Below, in pieces: positions 56,172 through 64,000 of a stretch of DNA of 64,000 bases. How positions within the stretch are numbered: the stretch's first letter is position 1; every line of letters starts with the position of its first letter. The notes beneath the pieces were generated by a model that saw only the letters and a list, made by a program, of their open reading frames with translations, searched no databases and was not told the origin of the DNA. The position numbers and the translations under genes were made by a program. This DNA comes from Candidatus Binatia bacterium (GTDB lineage Bacteria > Desulfobacterota > Binatia > UBA9968 > JAJDTQ01), in contig OY762897.2 of NCBI GenBank assembly GCA_963666515.2, forward strand, positions 480,001 to 544,000, given 5' to 3'.

Positions 56172-57719
56172 ATGAGCACGCCACACGATAAACTTGCCGC
56201 CTCGCTCGCGCAACTCGAAGAACTACAGAGGGGAGGAAGACGCGTCTTCCGCTCCAACGAGTTGACGCGCGTTCATCGTGAGCGCCTGGTGCGGAACGGC
56301 TTTCTCCGCGAGGTCCTGAAAGGATGGCTGATTTCATCCAGCCCGGGCACCGACTCCGGAGATACGACGCCTTGGTTCGCCTCCTTCTGGGAGTTCTGCA
56401 CCCGTTACTGCAACGCACGGTTTGCTGACCAGTGGCATCTCTCGCCGGAGGAATCGCTGCTCCTGCATGCCGAAAGCACCGTCATCCCCAATCAGCTCAT
56501 CGTCTATGCGCCAAAAGGCGCCAACAACGCGGTCGAGCTTCTTTTCGGCGCCTCCCTTTACGACCTGAAGCAAAGGCAGATGCCGCCGGAGGCCGACCTT
56601 TGCGAAAAGGACGGGCTCCGGCTCTTCAAGCCGGAAGCGGCGCTGGTCAAGGTCTCGGAAGGCTTCTTTGCCCGCAACCCGGTTGAAGCGCAGGTGGTGC
56701 TCGCCGGCATTCGTGACGCATCCGACCTGCTTCGCCGGCTTCTGGAAGGCGGCCATTCGGCCATTGCCGGACGGCTTGCCGGAGCCTTCCGCCGAATCGG
56801 ACGGGCCGAACCGGCCGACGACATTCTCCGGGTGATGAAGGCCGCCGGCTACGATGCGCGTGAGAGCGATCCGTTCGTGCCGCAACAGACATTCGGGGTG
56901 TTGAGCCATGTCGCGGCGCCCATCGTGGGGCGCCTGCAAGCCATGTGGGAAGCCTCCCGGCGGCCGGTGATCGCGGCATTCCCGGATCCCCCCGGCTTGC
57001 CGCGGGACCGGAACGCCTATCTGCGGGCGGTGGACGGAATCTATCGGAGCGATGCCTACCACTCCTTGTCGATTGAAGGCTATCGCGTGACCGCCGACTT
57101 GGTCGAACGGGTTCGTCTCGGCAACTGGAGCCCGGAAATCCACGAGGCCGACCGGCAGAGCCGCGACGCCCTGGCTGCGCGGGGCTACTGGCAGGCGTTC
57201 CAGCTTGTCAGGGAGACGGTCGGCGAAGTTGTCGCCGGCGGCGACCCGGGCCGACTTGTCCGCGCGGCGCACCGGAACTGGTACCTTGAACTATTCCAGC
57301 CCTTCGTGGCCGCCGGTCTGATCGCAACGTCGGCCCTCGCCGGTTACCGCGACAGCGCCTTGTTCCTGCGCAGGTCCGGTCACGTACCGCCCCGCTGGGA
57401 GACGGTCCGCGATGCCATGCCCGCCTTGTTCGAGTTGCTGGAAAACGAAACCGAGCCGTCAGCGCGCGCCGTGCTCGGCCACTGGCTGTTCGGCTACATC
57501 CATCCCTATCCGGATGGAAACGGCCGCATGGCCCGTTTCCTCATGAACGTCATGCTGGCGTCCGGCGGCTATCCGTGGACGGTAATCAGGGTCGAGGACA
57601 GGGACGATTATCTCGCGGCACTCGACGCGGCCAGCGTCAGGATGGATATCGAACCGTTCGCCGGCTTCGTGGCGCAGCGGGTCCGTATCGCGAGCAGGAT
57701 CGCCGAGGTCGCGGGTTGA
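56172..57719 (+). CDS. Large Fic-domain protein with extended N-terminal region
   Basis: Canonical Fic motif HPYPDGNGRMAR; SLSIEG inhibitory-helix-like motif. Confidence 0.92.
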   Translation: MSTPHDKLAASLAQLEELQRGGRRVFRSNELTRVHRERLVRNGFLREVLKGWLISSSPGTDSGDTTPWFASFWEFCTRYCNARFADQWHLSPEESLLLHAESTVIPNQLIVYAPKGANNAVELLFGASLYDLKQRQMPPEADLCEKDGLRLFKPEAALVKVSEGFFARNPVEAQVVLAGIRDASDLLRRLLEGGHSAIAGRLAGAFRRIGRAEPADDILRVMKAAGYDARESDPFVPQQTFGVLSHVAAPIVGRLQAMWEASRRPVIAAFPDPPGLPRDRNAYLRAVDGIYRSDAYHSLSIEGYRVTADLVERVRLGNWSPEIHEADRQSRDALAARGYWQAFQLVRETVGEVVAGGDPGRLVRAAHRNWYLELFQPFVAAGLIATSALAGYRDSALFLRRSGHVPPRWETVRDAMPALFELLENETEPSARAVLGHWLFGYIHPYPDGNGRMARFLMNVMLASGGYPWTVIRVEDRDDYLAALDAASVRMDIEPFAGFVAQRVRIASRIAEVAG

Positions 57720-57728
57720 TAGACGGTA

Positions 57729-58019
57729 TCAGGCCGCGGGTGATAGCCGCTCGACCTTGATTTCGTCGGCATGCTTCATCGCTTGCGCCAAGTCGTAGGC
57801 AGCCTGGAGCCGCAGCCAAGTATCGGCGCCGCCCCCGAATGCCTTGTCGAGCCGGATTGCCATTTCAGGCGAGATGCCCGCGTGACAGTTCACGATGTCG
57901 GAAAGCTGCTTGCGGCTGACGCCCAAGCGCTTGGCCGCTTCCGTGACGTTCAGCCCCAAAGGCTCCAGGCAATCGTGCCGCACCGAGAGACCTGGATGCG
58001 GTGGGTTCTTCATCGGCAT
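57729..58019 (-). CDS. higA: HigA antitoxin (Xre HTH)
   Basis: [25 protein letters not shown]. Confidence 0.93.
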   Translation of the reverse strand: MPMKNPPHPGLSVRHDCLEPLGLNVTEAAKRLGVSRKQLSDIVNCHAGISPEMAIRLDKAFGGGADTWLRLQAAYDLAQAMKHADEIKVERLSPAA

Positions 58020-58031
58020 AGCTCATTCCTC

Positions 58032-58310
58032 CTAGTGGTAGTCGATCAGGTCCACGTCGCTGGCGTGTCCGCCTTCAAAGCGGAAGGTTACACGCCAATT
58101 GCCGGACACCGTGACCGACCAGAAACCTGCAAGATCTCCCTTGAGGGGGTGCAACCGGAAGCCTGGCAGGTCCATGTTGCCGATCTCGGACGCCTCTTCA
58201 AGGCGTGCGAGTATGCGTCCGATCTTGTCGGCGTAGTCCGATTGTACCTTCCGCCGGTCTCCCTTCTCGAACAGGAGCTTGAGACCCTTGTGGCGGAAGC
58301 TTCGTATCAT
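58032..58310 (-). CDS. higB: HigB/RelE-like toxin
   Basis: MIRSFRHKGL, LHPLKGDLAGFWSVTVSGNWRVTFRF, DYH. Confidence 0.93.
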   Translation of the reverse strand: MIRSFRHKGLKLLFEKGDRRKVQSDYADKIGRILARLEEASEIGNMDLPGFRLHPLKGDLAGFWSVTVSGNWRVTFRFEGGHASDVDLIDYH

Positions 58311-58345
58311 TTGCCAAGTGTAACCACCCACCTATCATTTCTCAA
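58311..58345 (-). promoter_or_regulatory. Sigma70-like promoter, probably leaderless, for higBA
   Basis: Minus strand TTGAGA-N17-TACACT-N6-ATG; no SD. Confidence 0.65.
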
Positions 58346-58569
58346 GAGGCCGACAAGCCTTCTTTATCATCGTAGCCGGGTGGCGTGGCACAAGACAACA
58401 TGAGTGGATAAATCTACTGTTATTCCGCGCGCAGCCGAGATCGGCACCCTCGCCAGGACCGGCGCCAAACGCATTGTCAGCAGGATCGCCGAGGTCAGGT
58501 TGATGGACAGCTCACAAGAGCCTGCTCACCATCTCGGCCGCCGGTCCCTGACTCGCATGCAGACAACAC

Positions 58570-58604
58570 TTGCCCATTATTGCCAATGCCGGTAGCGTTG
58601 CACC
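58570..58604 (+). promoter_or_regulatory. Sigma70-like promoter, probably leaderless, for the ParD-like gene
   Basis: TTGCCC-N17-TAGCGT-N6-ATG; no SD. Confidence 0.55.
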
Positions 58605-58844
58605 ATGACCACAATGAACATATCGCTGTCCGATGCCCTCAAGTCCTTCGTGGACGATCAGGTCCGGGCGGGCGGTTACAGCAGTTCGAGCGAATTCGTC
58701 CGGGAACTGATCCGCAAGGAACGGGCCCGCCAGCACCTTCGCGGCCTGCTCCTCGAAGGCCCGGCCTCGCCGCCCGCGGTCACGGCCGATGTCGACTATT
58801 TCGACGAGCTGCGCGGCCGGGTCCGCGATGTCGGCCGGCGGTGA
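58605..58844 (+). CDS. ParD-family (CC2985-like) antitoxin
   Basis: MNISLSDALKSFVDDQV...YSSSSEFVRELIR. Confidence 0.9.
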   Translation: MTTMNISLSDALKSFVDDQVRAGGYSSSSEFVRELIRKERARQHLRGLLLEGPASPPAVTADVDYFDELRGRVRDVGRR

Positions 58845-58864
58845 ACGCAAGCCGGTCGTCCTAA
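58841..58864 (+). pseudogene. Possible 5' stub of a deleted ParE toxin gene
   Basis: GTG overlaps the ParD stop (GTGA), then a frameshifted KPVV; no continuing ORF. Confidence 0.3.
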
Positions 58865-58905
58865 TCGTTTTTCCGCAACGCGTTTCACATTGGCATGGTG
58901 GGCAG

Positions 58906-59460
58906 TCACGTCGGTCGCGATATACGCGTCCAATATTCTTGACAGGCGAACCTCAGCGACGGAGGTGAGGGTTCGCGTAGTCGTCTTTCCTGACACATCT
59001 TGACAAGAGACTCGACATGAAAGCGGCAATCGCGCTCGCGCTCAAGGCGAGGGTAGTTGCCTTTGTCTTCGTCTACGGTTTCGCCGTTCAAATATGCCAA
59101 CCACGTCTCGATGTTCCAGGTCGGCACGAACACGGCAACATGATCGCCGTTGTCTCTTGGCGACTCCGACGCTTGGCCGCATGCATCATCGAGCGCCGTC
59201 AACCGGGCCCCAACGCCGGCTGCGTCGCCGTCCAGCATGACCACAAGCTTGCAGCCTACTCGGTTTCTGTTTCTGCGATATGCCTCAAGCTCCTTCGGGA
59301 ATTCCTCTCGGACGAATTGTTCGGCCGAGCCCTTGGCCAACGGTGAACGCTTGACTCTGAATTGACGCCCTTTCCAGCCCATGGATGTGAAAAAACGTCT
59401 CAGAAAGGCTTCATGCTGTTGATCTTCACAAAGCAAGACGAGCTGGACTTGACGTCTCAT
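58906..59460 (-). CDS. TOPRIM-like (DUF4276/RloB/AriB-like) putative nuclease
   Basis: LLCEDQQHE, VMLDGD (DxD), NIETWL; ATGA overlap with the ATPase. Confidence 0.7.
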   Translation of the reverse strand: MRRQVQLVLLCEDQQHEAFLRRFFTSMGWKGRQFRVKRSPLAKGSAEQFVREEFPKELEAYRRNRNRVGCKLVVMLDGDAAGVGARLTALDDACGQASESPRDNGDHVAVFVPTWNIETWLAYLNGETVDEDKGNYPRLERERDCRFHVESLVKMCQERRLREPSPPSLRFACQEYWTRISRPT

Positions 59461-60575
59461 CGATCCCACCCGCGTGCCACGATCTCCGACAATTTCAAAC
59501 CCCCTTCAGTTGTCAGAGTCATGTCCGCGACCCTCGTTGCACTGGTTATGCCGGATGGTTCGCGAGACAATGAGATACCACTGGACAATCCCAGGTAGTC
59601 GATCAGTTCCGGGTGATGTGAACAGACAACCGCCTGGGGTATGGCGTCGCCACAGCGGACGGAAAGTTCGGCCAGCCAAGGCTCAATCTCGGACAGCGCC
59701 ACATAGTTCTCCGGTTCGTCCAGAAAAAGGGTGTAGCCCATGCCGGCCGAGATATGGATCAGTGAATAGAGCGCCACTAGCGCACGCTGGCCGTCCGAAA
59801 TTTCATCCAGTCCCAGCTCATATAGGCGGCCGTTCTCGTAGAAGTCCATTGTGAAGGCGCGGGTGTTCTGGCCGACTTTTTGCATGCGTATTCCATCGAA
59901 CCCGTCGATAACGTCTTCCAAGGACTTTCGCAATTGTCCTACCTGTTCGGGGTCTTCCAGTTGGAAGTGCTGATACCACGAACTGAAGTTATGCCCGTCC
60001 CTAGCCAGCATAACGTCATGCCTTCTAGTCTCGTGCTCGAAACCCGCCGGATACAACCCGCAAACAAGGACGTAGCGCATGAAGTCGAGGAATTGAGTCA
60101 GCCTCGTGTTGTCGTCGTGGGGGACGACGCGGGCTAACGCGGACTCTGTCCTATCTGCGGGGAAAGTGGGGCCTGGCGAGTAATCGTCTCGATAAAGACG
60201 AACGTTGCCTCCTTTGAATTCGAACAACGGCCGCCCGTCGGAATCCGAAAGCGATTCGTTGGCAATTAGCGATAGATGGTTTGTCGTGTCTTGCTCGATC
60301 TCAAGTCTATAGAGCAGGGTGCCACCAAGGAGTTCGGCCTCGACTTCAAAAACCTGAAGCTCCTCTGTTTGCCAAGCGGTCAGGGTGCGTGTGGGAAATA
60401 CGTCGGGATCGGCGATCCTGGCTTTGCCGCTCAATAGTTCGCGGAGTGCGTAGACAACCTCCAAAACGGACGTTTTGCCGGTGCCGTTCCGGCCGAGCAG
60501 CAGCGTCAGGTCCTGGAACGCCAAGTTGAAGTTTACGAGGCACTTGTAGTTGTTCACATAGAGGCGCTTGAACAT
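59457..60575 (-). CDS. AAA_21-type ABC ATPase
   Basis: GRNGTGKT, ISDGQ signature, LDEPEN, SH; SD GGAGG before ATG 60575. The track ORF is over-extended. Confidence 0.9.
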   Translation of the reverse strand: MFKRLYVNNYKCLVNFNLAFQDLTLLLGRNGTGKTSVLEVVYALRELLSGKARIADPDVFPTRTLTAWQTEELQVFEVEAELLGGTLLYRLEIEQDTTNHLSLIANESLSDSDGRPLFEFKGGNVRLYRDDYSPGPTFPADRTESALARVVPHDDNTRLTQFLDFMRYVLVCGLYPAGFEHETRRHDVMLARDGHNFSSWYQHFQLEDPEQVGQLRKSLEDVIDGFDGIRMQKVGQNTRAFTMDFYENGRLYELGLDEISDGQRALVALYSLIHISAGMGYTLFLDEPENYVALSEIEPWLAELSVRCGDAIPQAVVCSHHPELIDYLGLSSGISLSREPSGITSATRVADMTLTTEGGLKLSEIVARGWDR

Positions 60576-60625
60576 AGTAGCCTCCGCGCAACCAAACTCG
60601 TGCAGAATCCCTCTGCGTCTTCTTC

Positions 60626-62920
60626 CTAGCCGCCCTTCCGCATCGCCCGCCACATCCGTTCCGGCGTGATCGGCAGGTCGCGTACGCGCACGCCCACGGC
60701 GTCCTCGATGGCGTTGCCGATGGCGGGGGAGACGGGCATGAGGCCGCCTTCGCCGAGGCCCTTGGAGCCGTAGGGGCCGGGGCCGTTGGCGTCTTCCACC
60801 ATGATGGTGTGGAAGGTTTCGGGGATGTCCTTGAAGGAGGGCAGCCGGTAGTCGATGATGTTCGGGTTGAGCAGGTGGCCGTTGTCGTACTGCATCTCCT
60901 CCATCAGCGAGTGGCCGATGGCGAACATGACGCCGCCCTCGTCCTGGCCTTCGCACTGGAGCGGGTGGATGGCCTTGCCCACGTCCGCGGTGGAGATGTA
61001 CTTGAGGAGCTTCACCACGCCGGTGTCCGGGTCCACTTCCACCTCGGCGCCGCCCCAGCTCGTTTCCCAGAAGGTGGTGGGCGAGCCCAGCACGGCCTTC
61101 TTGCTGTGCACGTCCTGGTAGGTCCCCTTGGCCAGCAACTCGCCGCCCTTGGCGCCGAAGGTGCGGTTGAGCACCTCCTCGTAGCTCATGCGCTTGCCCC
61201 TGCCCGCGTGAACGCAGCCGTTCCTGAAGGTGATCTTGTCGGCCTTGCACTTGAACAGTCTGGCCGCGGCCCGGCGCAACTGCCGCTTCAGCTCGGTGGC
61301 GGCGCGCTCCACGCACAGGCCCATGATGACCATGGAGCTGCTGGCGTTGGTGGCGGCGTCGTAGGGGGTCGAGTCGGTGTCGAGCTGGGCCACGGTGACC
61401 GCCTCGTAGGGCAGGGCCAGCTCTTCGGCCACCACCTGCGCCAGGGCGGTACGGCAACCCTGGCCCATCTCCACGGTGCCGGTGAACAGCACGGCGCTGC
61501 CGTCGGAGTTGAGCTTGATGGAAGCCGACGCCACCTTGTAGGTGCCGCCGCCGTCCTTCATGCAGCAGGCCAGGCCCATGCCGCGGTTCGGCTCTTTCCT
61601 GCTTTTGCCCCAGCCCAGGGCCTTGGCGGTGCGCCGCAGGCCCGCCTCCAGGTCGCAGTCCACCGGACTGTCGCCCTTGGTGTAGAGCGCGCCCTTCTTC
61701 ATCAGGTTGCGGACGCGGAACTCCAGGGGGTCGATTTCGAGCCGGCGGGCGATCATGTCCATCTGGGACTCGTACGCCCAGGTGACCTGCAGGGTGCCGA
61801 AGCCCCGGAACGCTCCCGCGGGCACGGCGTTGGTGTACACGGTGTAGGCGTCCACCTTGACGTTGGGGATGCGGTACGGACCCGGCGCCCGGTAGCCGGC
61901 CTTCTGGGACACCCGCGGGCCGTAATCGGCGTAGGCGCCGGTGCCCATGTGCACCTCGCACTCCCGCGCCACGAGCTTGCCGTCGCGGGTGACGCCGGTT
62001 TTGATGCGGAACCGGGCGGGATGCCGGGTGATGGTGCGGAAGGTCTCTTCGGAGGTGTGGGTGATCTTCACCGTCCGGCCGGTCTTCCACGCCAGCGCCG
62101 CCACCAGGGGCTCGTTCTTCACCGACAGCTTGCCGCCGTAGGCGCCGCCGACGTGTGGCACGATGACGCGCACCCGGTTGATGGGGATGGAGAAGAACTC
62201 GGCGATGTGGCGCTGGAGCGTGAACGGGTCCTGGGTAGAGGACCACAGGGTCACGTGACCGTCCTCCATCGAGGCGATGGTGATATGGGGCTCCAGCGGG
62301 TAGTGCTGGACCTGCGGGAAGGTGAAGACGTCCTCGAAGACCTCATCGGCCTCGGCGAAGCCCTTGTCCACGTCGCCGCGGGAATAGTTGTACGCGTAGC
62401 AGACGTTGGTGCCGCGGAACTCCTCCGGCACGCGGTAGGCGTGGCCGTGCAGCTCGTCCGCGTCGGCCACGTGCTCGTGCACCAGCGGCGCGTCCGGGGC
62501 GATGGCGTCGGCGATGTCGGTGACCGCGGGAAGCTCTTCGTACTCCGTCTCGATGAGGGCCAGGGCCTCGTCCGCGGTGGCCTCGTCGTCCGCGGCCACC
62601 GCGGCCACCGGGTCGCCGTCGTAGCGCACCTTGTCCAGGGCGACGATGGTCTGGTCCTTGTAGGCCGAGCCGAAATACGGGTTCATCCCGTCCAGGGTCT
62701 CGCGGGTCAGCACCGTGACCACGCCCGGCAGCGCCGCGGCCTTCGAGGCGTCAATGCGCAGCAGGCGCGCGTGCGGGAAGGGGCTGCGCAGCACCTTGGC
62801 GTGGAGCATGCCCGGCAGCTCCAGGTCCATGGCGTAGACGGCCTTGCCGGTGGCCTTGACCACGCCGTCCACCCGGTGGTGGGACCTGCCGATGACCTGG
62901 TGTTTCGCGGCTTTCGCCAT
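60626..62920 (-). CDS. Xanthine dehydrogenase family molybdopterin-binding subunit (orphan)
   Basis: SSTQDPF, GGAYGGK, AFRGFG, EMGQG, KGLGE. Confidence 0.93.
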   Translation of the reverse strand: MAKAAKHQVIGRSHHRVDGVVKATGKAVYAMDLELPGMLHAKVLRSPFPHARLLRIDASKAAALPGVVTVLTRETLDGMNPYFGSAYKDQTIVALDKVRYDGDPVAAVAADDEATADEALALIETEYEELPAVTDIADAIAPDAPLVHEHVADADELHGHAYRVPEEFRGTNVCYAYNYSRGDVDKGFAEADEVFEDVFTFPQVQHYPLEPHITIASMEDGHVTLWSSTQDPFTLQRHIAEFFSIPINRVRVIVPHVGGAYGGKLSVKNEPLVAALAWKTGRTVKITHTSEETFRTITRHPARFRIKTGVTRDGKLVARECEVHMGTGAYADYGPRVSQKAGYRAPGPYRIPNVKVDAYTVYTNAVPAGAFRGFGTLQVTWAYESQMDMIARRLEIDPLEFRVRNLMKKGALYTKGDSPVDCDLEAGLRRTAKALGWGKSRKEPNRGMGLACCMKDGGGTYKVASASIKLNSDGSAVLFTGTVEMGQGCRTALAQVVAEELALPYEAVTVAQLDTDSTPYDAATNASSSMVIMGLCVERAATELKRQLRRAAARLFKCKADKITFRNGCVHAGRGKRMSYEEVLNRTFGAKGGELLAKGTYQDVHSKKAVLGSPTTFWETSWGGAEVEVDPDTGVVKLLKYISTADVGKAIHPLQCEGQDEGGVMFAIGHSLMEEMQYDNGHLLNPNIIDYRLPSFKDIPETFHTIMVEDANGPGPYGSKGLGEGGLMPVSPAIGNAIEDAVGVRVRDLPITPERMWRAMRKGG

Positions 62921-62964
62921 CCGTCGTTACCTCCGTGTGAATCGCTCAGCGGCACTAGCCGGCG

Positions 62965-63065
62965 TCCTTCGACTTCGCTCCGCTGGCGCTTCGCTACGCT
63001 CAGGACGAACGGGTTGGTTTTTTCGAGACCGTTCGTCCTGAGCGTAGCGAAGCGGAGTCGAAGGA
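62965..63065. repeat. REP-like inverted doublet of a second family
   Basis: Perfect 26-bp inverted repeat CGCTTCGCTACGCTCAGGACGAACGG (62987-63012 / 63029-63054) plus outer TCCTTCGACT/AGTCGAAGGA. Confidence 0.85.
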
Positions 63066-63127
63066 TGCCAGCTATCCGACAGGTCACCAGGATGCCGAGG
63101 CCGGAAAGGGTGACCGGGGCAGCCGCG

Positions 63128-64000
63128 CTACCCTGGCGGGTAGCGGCGCCGCACCCAATCGACAGCCTCTTCGGGTGTCCTCAACTCTCCTTCGAGTTGG
63201 GCCTCCTCGACGGCCCTGAGCATGGCCGAGAACGCAGGGCCGGGCGCGTACCCGAGCCGGATCAGGTCACGGCCGCGCAGCAGCGGTTCCGGCCTCACTT
63301 CCTCTTCGCCCAGCTCGGCGAGCTTCCGCTGACAGAACTCGTAGTAGCCCAGATCACCGTTGGATGAAAGCGCGTCGATGCGGCACAACTCCAGCAACTC
63401 GTCGATGCCGTCCTCGGCGAGGAAGCGTTTCAAGGTGCTGAGGCGCATCTTCGGCGCCTGGGTGTAGCGGAGGTGGTAGCGCACCAGCCAGGCCACCCCC
63501 TCGGCCACCGCGCGGCTGCGCTTGAGGCGCCGGAGGATCTCCGTGGCCATGTCCGCGCCCATCTCCGTGTGGCCGTAGAAGGTCACGCGCTCACCCGCGG
63601 GCTGCCGGCACGGCGGCTTGGCCACATCGTGCAGCAGGCAGCCGTAGGCCAGGGTTTCGGTGGGGTTGTCCAGGTGCCCGAGCAGGAGCAGCGTGTGCAC
63701 GAACACGTCCCCCTCGGGATGGTAGTCCGGGGTCTGCTCGCACCCCTTCATGGCCGCGACCTCGGGCAGGATCACCTCCAGGAGGCCGGTCTCGTCCAGC
63801 AACTCGAAGCCGCGCCGCGCGCCGCCCTCGGTGAGCGTGCGGGTGATCTCCGCGCCGATGCGTTCCCAAGCCACCTCGGTCACGGCCGTGGCGTGGTCCC
63901 GGATGGCCTGGACCGTCGGCGGGTCGATGGCGAAGCCGAGACCGCAGGCCAGGCGGACGGCCCGGACCATCCGCAGACGGTCCTCGGCGAACCGCTCATG
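63128..64000 (-). CDS. cca: CCA tRNA nucleotidyltransferase with HD domain (5' part outside the window)
   Basis: RFAEDRLRMVRAVR, ERIGAE, HPEGDVFVHT, LLHDVAK, LRGRDL. Confidence 0.9.
   Translation of the reverse strand, partial: HERFAEDRLRMVRAVRLACGLGFAIDPPTVQAIRDHATAVTEVAWERIGAEITRTLTEGGARRGFELLDETGLLEVILPEVAAMKGCEQTPDYHPEGDVFVHTLLLLGHLDNPTETLAYGCLLHDVAKPPCRQPAGERVTFYGHTEMGADMATEILRRLKRSRAVAEGVAWLVRYHLRYTQAPKMRLSTLKRFLAEDGIDELLELCRIDALSSNGDLGYYEFCQRKLAELGEEEVRPEPLLRGRDLIRLGYAPGPAFSAMLRAVEEAQLEGELRTPEEAVDWVRRRYPPG

Larger units (their letters stand above)
57693..58496. repeat. Direct repeat pair bracketing higBA
   Basis: AGCAGGATCGCCGAGGTC at 57693-57710 and 58479-58496, each followed closely by GGTTGATRGAC. 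Confidence 0.75.

Noticed and set aside
1-64000. tRNA, rRNA or riboswitch
   Set aside because: No recognisable signatures in the intergenic regions by eye. An Infernal/Rfam scan would be needed to exclude them formally.

Overview
High-GC bacterial chromosomal segment with no rRNA, tRNA or CRISPR array that I can support. The backbone is catabolic and transport-rich: a class I fumarase, six amidohydrolase-2 genes (three as a tandem triplication), three xanthine-dehydrogenase-type Mo subunits, a UbiD decarboxylase, an HpaB-type hydroxylase next to a sulfotransferase, SDRs, TRAP/ABC/MFS transporters, a cyclase, a creatininase, a CoA-transferase III, HtpX, an LLM oxidoreductase and a partial CCA enzyme. 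This repertoire resembles Binatia-like or sponge-associated deltaproteobacteria, but that is inference only. Accessory toxin-antitoxin/defence patches interrupt the backbone. 5.2-10.9 kb holds HicB, a 45-aa ORF, a beta-CASP hydrolase plus PD-(D/E)xK protein, Xre-RES, RHH-MazF, an IS-end relic and an ATPase-nuclease. 22.3-23.8 kb holds an ATPase-wHTH-nuclease with a triple palindromic operator, splitting an ABC operon. 36.4-37.6 kb holds a GSU2403-type nucleotidyltransferase and a DUF4338 relic. 56.0-60.6 kb holds a large Fic gene behind an exact 24-bp-period array, HigBA, ParD and an ABC-ATPase plus TOPRIM pair. The most notable observations are the 24-bp array upstream of Fic, two candidate two-gene defence systems, recurrent leaderless promoters on TA/defence genes, a MITE nested in a REP tetraloop, a doubly anchored coiled-coil lipoprotein and two probable pseudo-enzymes.
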